DNA of 64,000 bases from IMG/VR virus record IMGVR_UViG_3300044641_005618. One strand, given 5' to 3'. The notes under the pieces were generated by a model, which saw only the letters and a list, made by a program, of their open reading frames with translations, made no database searches and had not been told where the DNA came from. The DNA is from a virus (lineage: Duplodnaviria; Caudoviricetes). Below are positions 19,401-26,089 of the stretch, one piece after another. A program made the translations under genes and the position numbers. Positions within the stretch are counted from its first letter, which is position 1, and each line of letters starts with the position of its first letter.

Positions 19401-19793
19401 CTGCTGATTGCCTATTTTGCAAAAGCAAAACTAAGGTATCCCAGCAATTCACCCGATTTTCAACTTTGTTTGGAAGTTGGGACCCTAATTAATCCACACC
19501 TGCATAAGTTTGTTGTAGCAACTTGTTATCGTAAAGGCTCTTTATCCTTTACTTCTCTACATTTCTGTAAAGTTCAGACTATATCATCATCTTTGCCTGA
19601 GCAAAGAGTCGGGCACTCGTGTCAGCCTCATCACTGTTCTAGTGGTACGCTGTTAGTCGTTGAACCTTGCCCCTATCCCTAGGGGCCTTGGCTGCTGATT
19701 GCCTATTTTGCAAAAGCAAAACTAAGGTGTCCCAGCAATTCACCCGATTTTCAATCAGAGTCACCTCTGAGTGGAACCTTTATGATTCATCAT
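16496..19793 (-). CDS. major capsid protein, 351 aa, spliced from 7 exons: 19785-19793, 19492-19518, 19192-19230, 18959-18976, 17833-18020, 17533-17554, 16496-17248
   Basis: Joined exons total 1056 nt with no internal stop: MMN-LQQTYAGVD-PILTTLAQGFMLP-STNIAN-FIAPVVDTPTRAG...ELPEEV-IENAGEG-PAQVDLRAIE...; lies between the decoration and tube genes; lambda gpE/Mu-like capsid character (NPIEDILTLKRAVANQIGIRPN). Confidence 0.88.
17249..17532 (-). mobile_element. group I intron 6 of the capsid gene (284 nt, no ORF)
   Basis: P/Q/R/S core; P1 GAGGGU/GCUCUU; ends ...GATAACAATTTG before CCT GCA. Confidence 0.9.
17555..17832 (-). mobile_element. group I intron 5 of the capsid gene (278 nt, phase 2, no ORF)
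   Basis: P/Q/R/S core; P1 GAGGU/GCCUC puts the cut inside the Val codon (GT|A); P10 UCAAU/AUUGA. Confidence 0.9.
18021..18958 (-). mobile_element. group I intron 4 of the capsid gene (938 nt, carries an HNH endonuclease ORF)
   Basis: P/Q/R near 18920-18805 and S near 18075; P1 GAAU/GUUC; P10 CGAUAGG pairs 7 of 7 nt with 3' exon UUUAUCG. Confidence 0.92.
18075..18800 (-). CDS. intron-encoded HNH homing endonuclease with NUMOD3-like repeats
   Basis: HHIHHIVPKCMKGGNEDGNLIKLTYREHYLSH motif; HSDETRFKIGKSNKG; the ORF occupies the P8 region and its last codons (DDDIV*) are the intron S element. Confidence 0.85.
   Translation of the reverse strand: MINPEIIFPRAPDSPLHYQRYIKFILSRPPRSLTREPGHHIHHIVPKCMKGGNEDGNLIKLTYREHYLSHCLLALAFSSIKRLGKAINSFKESSKNSRVYETLAHHKHSDETRFKIGKSNKGKARPRKVPMSDKERSARAELCKNRVWSAESRQKLKDKALSKPTIQFALQAANRPDRDRTGIKNPRANVEVWSNLGLLHEVWVSNEKCGARKLFRLTGLGNTWQSLRTVVKKFKEDDDIV
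18977..19191 (-). mobile_element. group I intron 3 of the capsid gene (215 nt, divergent, no ORF)
   Basis: P GAACTGCGGGAA and Q AATCCGCAG (compensatory change relative to the others), R GTTCAGAGACTA, S AAGATAGTCC; P1 UCCCU/GGGGA; P10 pairs 7 of 8 nt with UCCACCAA. Confidence 0.9.
19231..19491 (-). mobile_element. group I intron 2 of the capsid gene (261 nt, no ORF)
   Basis: same P/Q/R/S core; P1 GGAU/GUCC; ends ...GATAACACTGG before CCA ATC. Confidence 0.9.
19519..19784 (-). mobile_element. group I intron 1 of the capsid gene (266 nt, no ORF)
   Basis: P GAATTGCTGGGA, Q AATCAGCAG, R GTTCAACGACTA, S GATATAGTCT; upstream exon ends in U, intron ends in G; P1 GAAU/GUUC. The 3' splice site could alternatively lie 3 nt earlier (also a G, also in frame). 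Confidence 0.88.
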
Positions 19794-19829
19794 AATAGAT
19801 GTTTCCTTGTGTGTAAAGTTGACTTCAAA

Positions 19830-19845
19830 GATTGCCGAAGCAATC
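19830..19845 (-). promoter_or_regulatory. C(UUCG)G hairpin in the capsid 5' UTR
   Basis: minus strand GATTGC-TTCG-GCAATC, perfect 6-bp stem with an extra-stable tetraloop. Confidence 0.6.
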
Positions 19846-19901
19846 TGACCCGCGAGTCCGAAAACTTTGGGGTCACTGTAGTTATACCCTTCTTTTTCAC
19901 G

Positions 19902-19932
19902 AAAAAAGCCCCCAACTCGAAAGTTGAAGGCT
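19902..19932 (-). terminator. intrinsic terminator after the decoration gene
   Basis: 11-bp stem AGCCUUCAACU/AGUUGGGGGCU (two G-U pairs), UUCG loop, U-tract. Confidence 0.8.
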
Positions 19933-19967
19933 CTTAGTGAAAACGCACCGAAATGCGTTAGTATTTC

Positions 19968-20441
19968 TCAGGCGAATGAAACCAGCAAGACAGTGCGACC
20001 GCCGATTCGCACGATTTCACGAATGAGCGGTATAGTACCGTCAAGAGTGACGTTGGTCCCGGTATTCGCAGTGGGTAGCGCCTTACCGTCAGCACCAACT
20101 GAAAGCTGGGCGTTGAGTACGAAGGGGGCCACGGCGCTGGCACTCACTTCAACAAGCAAGGAGCCACTGGTGGCCACAGAAGCTTGACGAGCGGTGCGAG
20201 GTTGAGACAGGGCTGTGGGAATGTAGGCCTGGTTCACACCTACAATCTTCCCATCAAACGCGGTCAGGTTGCCAGGGGCGCAAACTTTGTTTGCTCCGGC
20301 GTAGGTTGCGTAAGCAACAACTGCAAACTCAGGAATTTCAACGACTCCAGCCGTTCCACCTTGGTTGTCAGTAGCAGCGGTGAAAGTCTCCGCGTAACGA
20401 ATGAATTGCTTACCGTAAACTGGTGCGATGTTCAAAGACAT
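19968..20441 (-). CDS. head decoration/cement protein (DUF2190-like)
   Basis: small Ala/Val/Gly-rich beta protein (QASVATSGSLLVEVSAS...LSVGADGKAL) immediately upstream of the capsid gene. Confidence 0.65.
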   Translation of the reverse strand: MSLNIAPVYGKQFIRYAETFTAATDNQGGTAGVVEIPEFAVVAYATYAGANKVCAPGNLTAFDGKIVGVNQAYIPTALSQPRTARQASVATSGSLLVEVSASAVAPFVLNAQLSVGADGKALPTANTGTNVTLDGTIPLIREIVRIGGRTVLLVSFA

Positions 20442-20565
20442 TTTGATATTTTCAAAGGGTTATTGGTTTTGTTGTTTCCTCTAGGACTTGTTTTTCACCT
20501 AGCTTAGTTAATCAGGTTTTACCCTGCTTCACCTTAGTTTGAACCATGGTGAGTTCGTTTAAAAG

Positions 20566-21273
20566 TCAACGGTAGTCGATTCGGCAGCGGCAGCGATCGT
20601 AGCACCGGCACTCTTGCCCCGGCATCGGCAGGGTTCCAAAGGGCTGCCACCCCATCTCCCCAAACTTTATGCAGTCGGGGCAAGTTCTCCTGTCCAATAC
20701 TGGCACTCGCCGCATCTCCCGGTAACCCTGCTCTTGTTTGACGTAGGAGTCACCAAGGTTGAAAAATGAGTAGGAAGGGTTTGCAAGGTAGCGAACGACT
20801 CTGGTAACAAGGCTCAGCCAGGACATTTTCGGCTTCGGTGGGAACACCTCTTCGTCTCCTTCGTAAATGTCTTTAAGATCAATTTCCGAGAAATTTATGC
20901 GGTCGTCGCCGAGCATTAGAGTCCCGTCGTTTAAGGCTAGTTCAGTTTGGCTCAAGAATTCCAACAAAGGTGGGAGCATTTGCCCGGTCACAGTGCCCCA
21001 GGCCCGTTCGACTTTTGCTTTCGGTGCGGCTTTCCCTGCCCCCAGGTAAACGGCAGCGAGGGCTGCCGACAGCGTTTTATCAATCAAAGTTCGAGAATAC
21101 TCATCCCAGCGAATATCCTTGTCTCGCAAAGCCTTCACAAGAACTTTCGACTGGTTTGTCATGAGACTTTCCAGCTTCTCTTGTGTTTTCGCTTTGCGAG
21201 CTAAGACCTCTGCTTGAGAGAAGTAGTCCGCTCGCTTTTTCGTTACCTGCCCGACCAAAGTTAGAAGGTCCAT
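20566..21273 (-). CDS. head morphogenesis protein (Mu gpF / SPP1 gp7-like)
   Basis: C-terminal LDRRTCPDC...PMPGQECRCYDRCRCRIDY Cys cluster. Confidence 0.7.
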   Translation of the reverse strand: MDLLTLVGQVTKKRADYFSQAEVLARKAKTQEKLESLMTNQSKVLVKALRDKDIRWDEYSRTLIDKTLSAALAAVYLGAGKAAPKAKVERAWGTVTGQMLPPLLEFLSQTELALNDGTLMLGDDRINFSEIDLKDIYEGDEEVFPPKPKMSWLSLVTRVVRYLANPSYSFFNLGDSYVKQEQGYREMRRVPVLDRRTCPDCIKFGEMGWQPFGTLPMPGQECRCYDRCRCRIDYR

Positions 21274-21305
21274 AGCTTAATCTCCGGGCAGCAGTATCGG
21301 AGCTA

Positions 21306-23885
21306 TCAGCCCCGACCTCCCCAAGGAATGGAACGCTTGATTGCCTCAACGTAATCGCACTCTCCAGCCTGAACCATCTTCATTGCACGAGAATGGGGGT
21401 CTAGATCTTCGTCATCTTCAGGGTCACTGAAACGTCCCTCTGCGACAACTTCACCGAAGTGAACCATGTTGGGCAAACGCTCAAGCAGCGCAAACAACTT
21501 GGTCGTTGGAGTTTCTCCTTCTGCGAAGTCAAGTGTACCGAACTCAAGACCTTCGCAGTAGTTTTGAAGCTCTCTCTGAGGAATTACTCCGTCGGTCATC
21601 TTTCCTTCGGTGTAGAGGCTGTCAACAAAGTCGGCGATGCGTTGCTTACGTGTTTTGGTCTGATGCTCCTGGTACTCTCTCTTCAGGCGAGAATTTTCAT
21701 TCTTAAGATTTTCCAGCTCGCGTTGGAACTCCTCGAACATTTGAACCGGATATCCCATGGGCTTAGCCTGTCCCATTGACCCCATTCCGCAGAAGTCGTC
21801 AGTTTCAGCGAATTCGTTGTCGTCACGGTCGCCATCCTCGTCCGGATCCTCTTCCATAGCGGGACGCTTTTGCCCGTAAGTCGAGCCCTTTCCGGTTCGA
21901 GTCATTGGATCGCGTTCTGCGAACTTGCGAGAAACTTTCCTGGAAGTCCCACACTCTTCCATGTCAAGATCGTCGTCTTCAGCGTGGTCGATCGAAGGCT
22001 TTTCACCCGATCGCTGACGCAGCACACGAACTTTGCGACTACCAACGACACTTTCTAGGTCGACAGCAATGTCGAGGTCGTCCGGCTCTTCCTCGGACCG
22101 GTCTGGGAAGTTTGTGGGTCCGTCTTCGCGACCGTGGGGATCGTTCCCCGCAGAAACACCTGCCTTTTTTGCAGTTCGTGTAACACCGTCGGACTCTTCG
22201 CTGTGATCCGCAATTTCCTTACCTTTGACCGACGCCCTCTTTTGTCCAGAGGTTTGGTGGAGAACGCGAGAAACTTTGTTGCCCTTGGTGCTCTGAAGCG
22301 GCACAGCAATATCTTCGGTGTCGGGCTCTTCCTCAGAGTCCTCAGAGACGGTTGTTGGCCCGCCGTCTCGACCGTGGGGGTCGTTTCCATCGGAGGTTCC
22401 CGGCTTGTTTCTTCCGGGGAGGCCGTACTCACCGTCGTTGTACTGGTCGTCTTCCATTGAACGGCGGCGACCCTCAGGTTGGTCGGCCCAACGGGAATCT
22501 TCGTCCCCTTCACCGTCGAGTGCTTTCGCCAGCTCTTCTCGGTCTTGCTCCTGGTCACCGTCCTTAGCAGTGTTTAAACGGTCCGTGTCTTGCGTCACGT
22601 CTGAAGTCAAACCTTCGCGGTCTTCCTCATCCCCTTGTCCAACCGACTGACGGTCCCCGTAGCTATCGTCGGATGACCGTGCTGTTTTAGAACGACCAGC
22701 TGGATCCCCTGAATCCTTCTCAGCACGTTTTCCAAATGATGCCTGTCTGTTCGCAGTTTTCTTAAACCCTACCTCAGCGTAGTCGCCCTCAGAATCTTCC
22801 TCGTCGGATTCTTCCACCTTCGCTGTCTTGGCCTTCATCTTAGCGATATTTTTCTTGAAAGCCGCAGGAACTTCTCGGTGTTCCTCGGAAAGTTCGTCTT
22901 CATCATCTTCCCCGTCCTCATCGTGGGCTTTGTGCTTAGCCTTCATCTTAGCGATATTTTTCCTGAAAGCAGCGGGAATCTCGCGGTGTTCGTCCGAGAG
23001 TTCTTCGTCGCCTTCTTCAAAAACCTCTTCCACAACTTGTACATGGTGGCCGTGAGCCCCTTTCGCAACTTTGCGAGAGACTCCTTCGTCGAACTTCTCT
23101 TCTGGAAATTTGTCTTCCATGTTTGCTAGACTTTGAGCGGATTCGGAGACTTCAGCTCCTTCACGCCCCATTTTCTTTTTCATTTCGGAAAATTGCTGGT
23201 TAGGGTTTTCGGGGGCGGTACTTTCATCCGCCGAATTTGTAGTTTGTGTCGAATCGACGTCTGTTTCAGTCTGATCGTCTTGGTTTTCTTGTAGCTCTTG
23301 AAGAGAAGAACTCATGTCTCCACGAATTTCCTCAAGCTTTTCCTTTAGGATTTCTAACGGGCTTCGCTCAACAAGAAGTGTGGGACCAAGCTCGTCGTCA
23401 AAGATGTCTTCTGGAGATAGAGCTGAAGCGAAGTTGAACACTCCGTTTCCTTCCTCAGAGAACGAGAAAGGCTCCAAGCCCTTAACCGCAGGGGGCGACG
23501 CCCCCAAAAGTGCCAAGTGCCGGACGCTCCACTGTCCCTCATGGGGGTTAATTGGAGAGTTTGGAGAGTAGAAGGATATGGAGACTTTGCGGTAATGCCC
23601 TTTTTTCACCAAATCTTTAGCAGTGTCAGTGAAGTCGACGTCTGCGTATAGCTTCTCTCCGCTCCTGACCAACTTTTTGACCCACCCGAAAGAAGGAACA
23701 CTGTCGTTGTCCCCAGTATGACCAATAACAAGGGGTGCCTCATGTGTTTGGGGGTCGTAGGAATCAACAACTTGCTGAAGGTCTTGGGGTGTGAAGTCCC
23801 TTTCTACGCCCTGGGCAGAAACCTGGGGTCCCGCCGTAAAAACATGAACACGTTTTGAAAACACTTTGCTACTCGTTGTACTCAT
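21306..23885 (-). CDS. prohead protease (Mu gpI-like) fused to a long acidic scaffold-like region
   Basis: HEAPLVIGH...SFGWVKKL...GHYRKVSISFY...LRHLALLGASPPAVKGL; C-terminal coiled coil. Confidence 0.82.
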   Translation of the reverse strand: MSTTSSKVFSKRVHVFTAGPQVSAQGVERDFTPQDLQQVVDSYDPQTHEAPLVIGHTGDNDSVPSFGWVKKLVRSGEKLYADVDFTDTAKDLVKKGHYRKVSISFYSPNSPINPHEGQWSVRHLALLGASPPAVKGLEPFSFSEEGNGVFNFASALSPEDIFDDELGPTLLVERSPLEILKEKLEEIRGDMSSSLQELQENQDDQTETDVDSTQTTNSADESTAPENPNQQFSEMKKKMGREGAEVSESAQSLANMEDKFPEEKFDEGVSRKVAKGAHGHHVQVVEEVFEEGDEELSDEHREIPAAFRKNIAKMKAKHKAHDEDGEDDEDELSEEHREVPAAFKKNIAKMKAKTAKVEESDEEDSEGDYAEVGFKKTANRQASFGKRAEKDSGDPAGRSKTARSSDDSYGDRQSVGQGDEEDREGLTSDVTQDTDRLNTAKDGDQEQDREELAKALDGEGDEDSRWADQPEGRRRSMEDDQYNDGEYGLPGRNKPGTSDGNDPHGRDGGPTTVSEDSEEEPDTEDIAVPLQSTKGNKVSRVLHQTSGQKRASVKGKEIADHSEESDGVTRTAKKAGVSAGNDPHGREDGPTNFPDRSEEEPDDLDIAVDLESVVGSRKVRVLRQRSGEKPSIDHAEDDDLDMEECGTSRKVSRKFAERDPMTRTGKGSTYGQKRPAMEEDPDEDGDRDDNEFAETDDFCGMGSMGQAKPMGYPVQMFEEFQRELENLKNENSRLKREYQEHQTKTRKQRIADFVDSLYTEGKMTDGVIPQRELQNYCEGLEFGTLDFAEGETPTTKLFALLERLPNMVHFGEVVAEGRFSDPEDDEDLDPHSRAMKMVQAGECDYVEAIKRSIPWGGRG
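22081..22390 (-). repeat. two-copy repeat with 240-bp (80-aa) period in the scaffold region
   Basis: GNDPHGR..GPT....SEEEPD..DIAV.L twice. Confidence 0.75.
22831..23000 (-). repeat. two-copy 108-bp (36-aa) repeat in the scaffold region
   Basis: ELS(D/E)EHRE(I/V)PAAF(R/K)KNIAKMKAK twice; DNA copies start at 22831 and 22939. Confidence 0.85.
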
Positions 23886-25369
23886 ACACGTTTTTTACCC
23901 TTCTTTTCGCCTTCTTCAGCGGGTTCTAAGTCATTCCCGAACACTGAGTCGTAAAGGTTTCCGTCCTCTTCAGGGTTGTACGTGGTTTGCTCACCGGATG
24001 GTTCTTCCTCCGGCTTTGGCTCGTTGTCACCCTCTGAAATTTCTTCAGGGTACTCTCCGTCAGCACCAAAAATAGACCCGTAGAGATCCTCGTCTTCGTC
24101 TGGGTTGAACGTGGTATTCCCCTCTTCCTCTTTCGTCGTGAACTCAGGTGCTTCGTCTTCAAGCTCAATACGAAAATGCCTCCCAACCCACTCCCTACGC
24201 GGTTTGTACCCCTTGTCGATAAGGGCTCCCAGGTCGGTGGCATTGAGGGAAGACTCCTCAATTCGAAACTCCCTTGTGAGGCTTGGCGCTGCAACGTCTA
24301 CACCGAAGTTAAGGTCTACAATCCATCGTACCAGAGTGCGAGTTAAAGTGTGAGAGATCGCTTCGGAAATTTCCGCTGCCTTCACAACTCGAACAACGTT
24401 TGCAACCTGTGAAGAAGCTCTGGATCCAGACTCAGCTTGCCCAGCCTCGTTTTCCCCGCAAAGTATGAGGCTAATTTCCTTGTCGATATAGTCAATCAGT
24501 CCCTTAAACACATCCGGAGTTCCGCTCGGGTTGACAAACTCAAGCTTGTACCCTTCCGGCAAAATTAGCGCAGTTTCCTGAGATAAGTTTGAGATGTGGT
24601 CATAGATCGTGTCAATTTCGGCAGAAGACGCGCTCAAGGGTGCAGTCGCAACAGCTGTGGGTGTCGCATACCGGTCCCCGTAAAGAACGTAGGACTCAAG
24701 GGCTCTTCTTCGGAATTTCACCAGGGGGTAAAGAACTCGCCCTAGCGAAGTTCCGTATGGGTCCCCGTTGTGCTGAGTCCAGTAGCGATTTACGACGAAT
24801 TTTCGAGCAGGGAGCTCAACCCCCTCAAACATACGATTGAAGGTTAAGCACCTCATTGTGAAGCCCGTTTGTGAGTCTTCCGCTTCTTGGAAAACAAATC
24901 GGCGCTGGTCTCTAATTCTTATGTCAAAGGGTATTACCCCGCGTTTTGATTTCTTCCACATTATTTCGCCAACACTAAACCCCACGATAAGGGCTTCAGC
25001 AAGTCCCTTATATATCTCGTCTAAGGGTAATTCTTCGAGGATTTCTGCTACGAAGTCCCTTACTGCAGTATCGCCAGGCTTTGAGCTGTATTCCTCAACG
25101 TACCACGGTCTCGATACAACCTCTTGAACTAACTTTGAGAACGAACTTTGTACGTGCTCGTCAAAGAAAAGCCGCTGATAGACGGAAAGCGCACGGTTCC
25201 CTCCCTTCTGGATGAGAAGGTCGTCACTTGGTCGAACGATGCTATTTCCGGATCCAGTAAAGGGAGAAGAGCTCCCAAACATGTAAATACTGGATAAGTT
25301 ATAAGGGTCGCTCGTATAACTTGAGATCTCCCCCTTCGGTACCGGAGCTGTCTTGAACCTATTTGCCAA
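23882..25369 (-). CDS. portal protein (DUF935 / Mu gp29-like)
   Basis: ALIVGFSVGEIMW...GDPYGTSLGRVLY...DKEISLILCGEN; acidic duplicated C-terminal tail. Confidence 0.85.
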   Translation of the reverse strand: MANRFKTAPVPKGEISSYTSDPYNLSSIYMFGSSSPFTGSGNSIVRPSDDLLIQKGGNRALSVYQRLFFDEHVQSSFSKLVQEVVSRPWYVEEYSSKPGDTAVRDFVAEILEELPLDEIYKGLAEALIVGFSVGEIMWKKSKRGVIPFDIRIRDQRRFVFQEAEDSQTGFTMRCLTFNRMFEGVELPARKFVVNRYWTQHNGDPYGTSLGRVLYPLVKFRRRALESYVLYGDRYATPTAVATAPLSASSAEIDTIYDHISNLSQETALILPEGYKLEFVNPSGTPDVFKGLIDYIDKEISLILCGENEAGQAESGSRASSQVANVVRVVKAAEISEAISHTLTRTLVRWIVDLNFGVDVAAPSLTREFRIEESSLNATDLGALIDKGYKPRREWVGRHFRIELEDEAPEFTTKEEEGNTTFNPDEDEDLYGSIFGADGEYPEEISEGDNEPKPEEEPSGEQTTYNPEEDGNLYDSVFGNDLEPAEEGEKKGKKRV

Positions 25370-25430
25370 AGTTACCTCTTTTCACACGCGTTTGGTTTCG
25401 GCATTTATTTCCTGTATAGGTTTTACCCGC

Positions 25431-25808
25431 TTAGTTTCCGAGGGAGAATTCAAGCGGCGGTTGAGGTATCCCGTTGACTTGATAAATTATGTACACTTTG
25501 TATATTCCGTCCTCTCCCGAGGTGATCCAGTCCCCTTTCACGACGAGGGACGACAACCCGGACACATGGGTTTGTATCGAATTTTGAAACTCTGAGTTAA
25601 TTTGTCCGGGGTCGATTATGTCGAGAGTGTGGTCTCCGACGCCGTAGTCCGCCCTCATTACTCGCTCAAAGAACCTCGTTTCAACGACACTTCGAATTTC
25701 CTGCGTCTTCAAGTCATAGTCCGTACTTGTGGCTAAGTTTCCATTCAGCACCCTTAGCGGGTAAGACAAACCTCGCACCGTTGTCGATAAAGTTTGTGGT
25801 ACCGTCAT
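25431..25808 (-). CDS. baseplate wedge subunit (gp25/GPW-like)
   Basis: LSYPLRV.NG.L...EIRSVVETRFFERVMRADYG pattern. Confidence 0.8.
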   Translation of the reverse strand: MTVPQTLSTTVRGLSYPLRVLNGNLATSTDYDLKTQEIRSVVETRFFERVMRADYGVGDHTLDIIDPGQINSEFQNSIQTHVSGLSSLVVKGDWITSGEDGIYKVYIIYQVNGIPQPPLEFSLGN

Positions 25809-26086
25809 CGTATTAGCCTCAAGAGTTGTGCTTCCAACTTCCGCACTCGCTTATTCACCTCGTCTTTCGGTAGGGAGCTTTGCATAAGCTTTTGAATTTC
25901 TGCTCGTAAGTCCCCGTTACCCATCGAAGGGTACAGGGATGGCTCTACGAAAACTTGCTCTCCGTTAAGTAAAGAAACACAGAGTGCCTCAATTGAGACA
26001 CCCTGCTGTTTTGCTTTTCTTGTAAGTGAGAAGAAGAGTGAGTCAGGAATCTGTAGATTTACTTCCTTGTCTGTTAACTCACTCAT
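25805..26086 (-). CDS. ribbon-helix-helix protein (HicB C-terminal-like)
   Basis: VNLQIPDSLFFSLTRKAKQQGVSIEALCVSLL. Confidence 0.55.
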   Translation of the reverse strand: MSELTDKEVNLQIPDSLFFSLTRKAKQQGVSIEALCVSLLNGEQVFVEPSLYPSMGNGDLRAEIQKLMQSSLPKDEVNKRVRKLEAQLLRLIR

Positions 26087-26089
26087 TTT

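Noticed and set aside
17206-19682. Recurring short plus-strand ORFs (...CYRKGSLSFTS...) as a repeated peptide family or CRISPR-like array
   Set aside because: They are antisense translations of the conserved intron 3' ends; there is no repeat-spacer periodicity.
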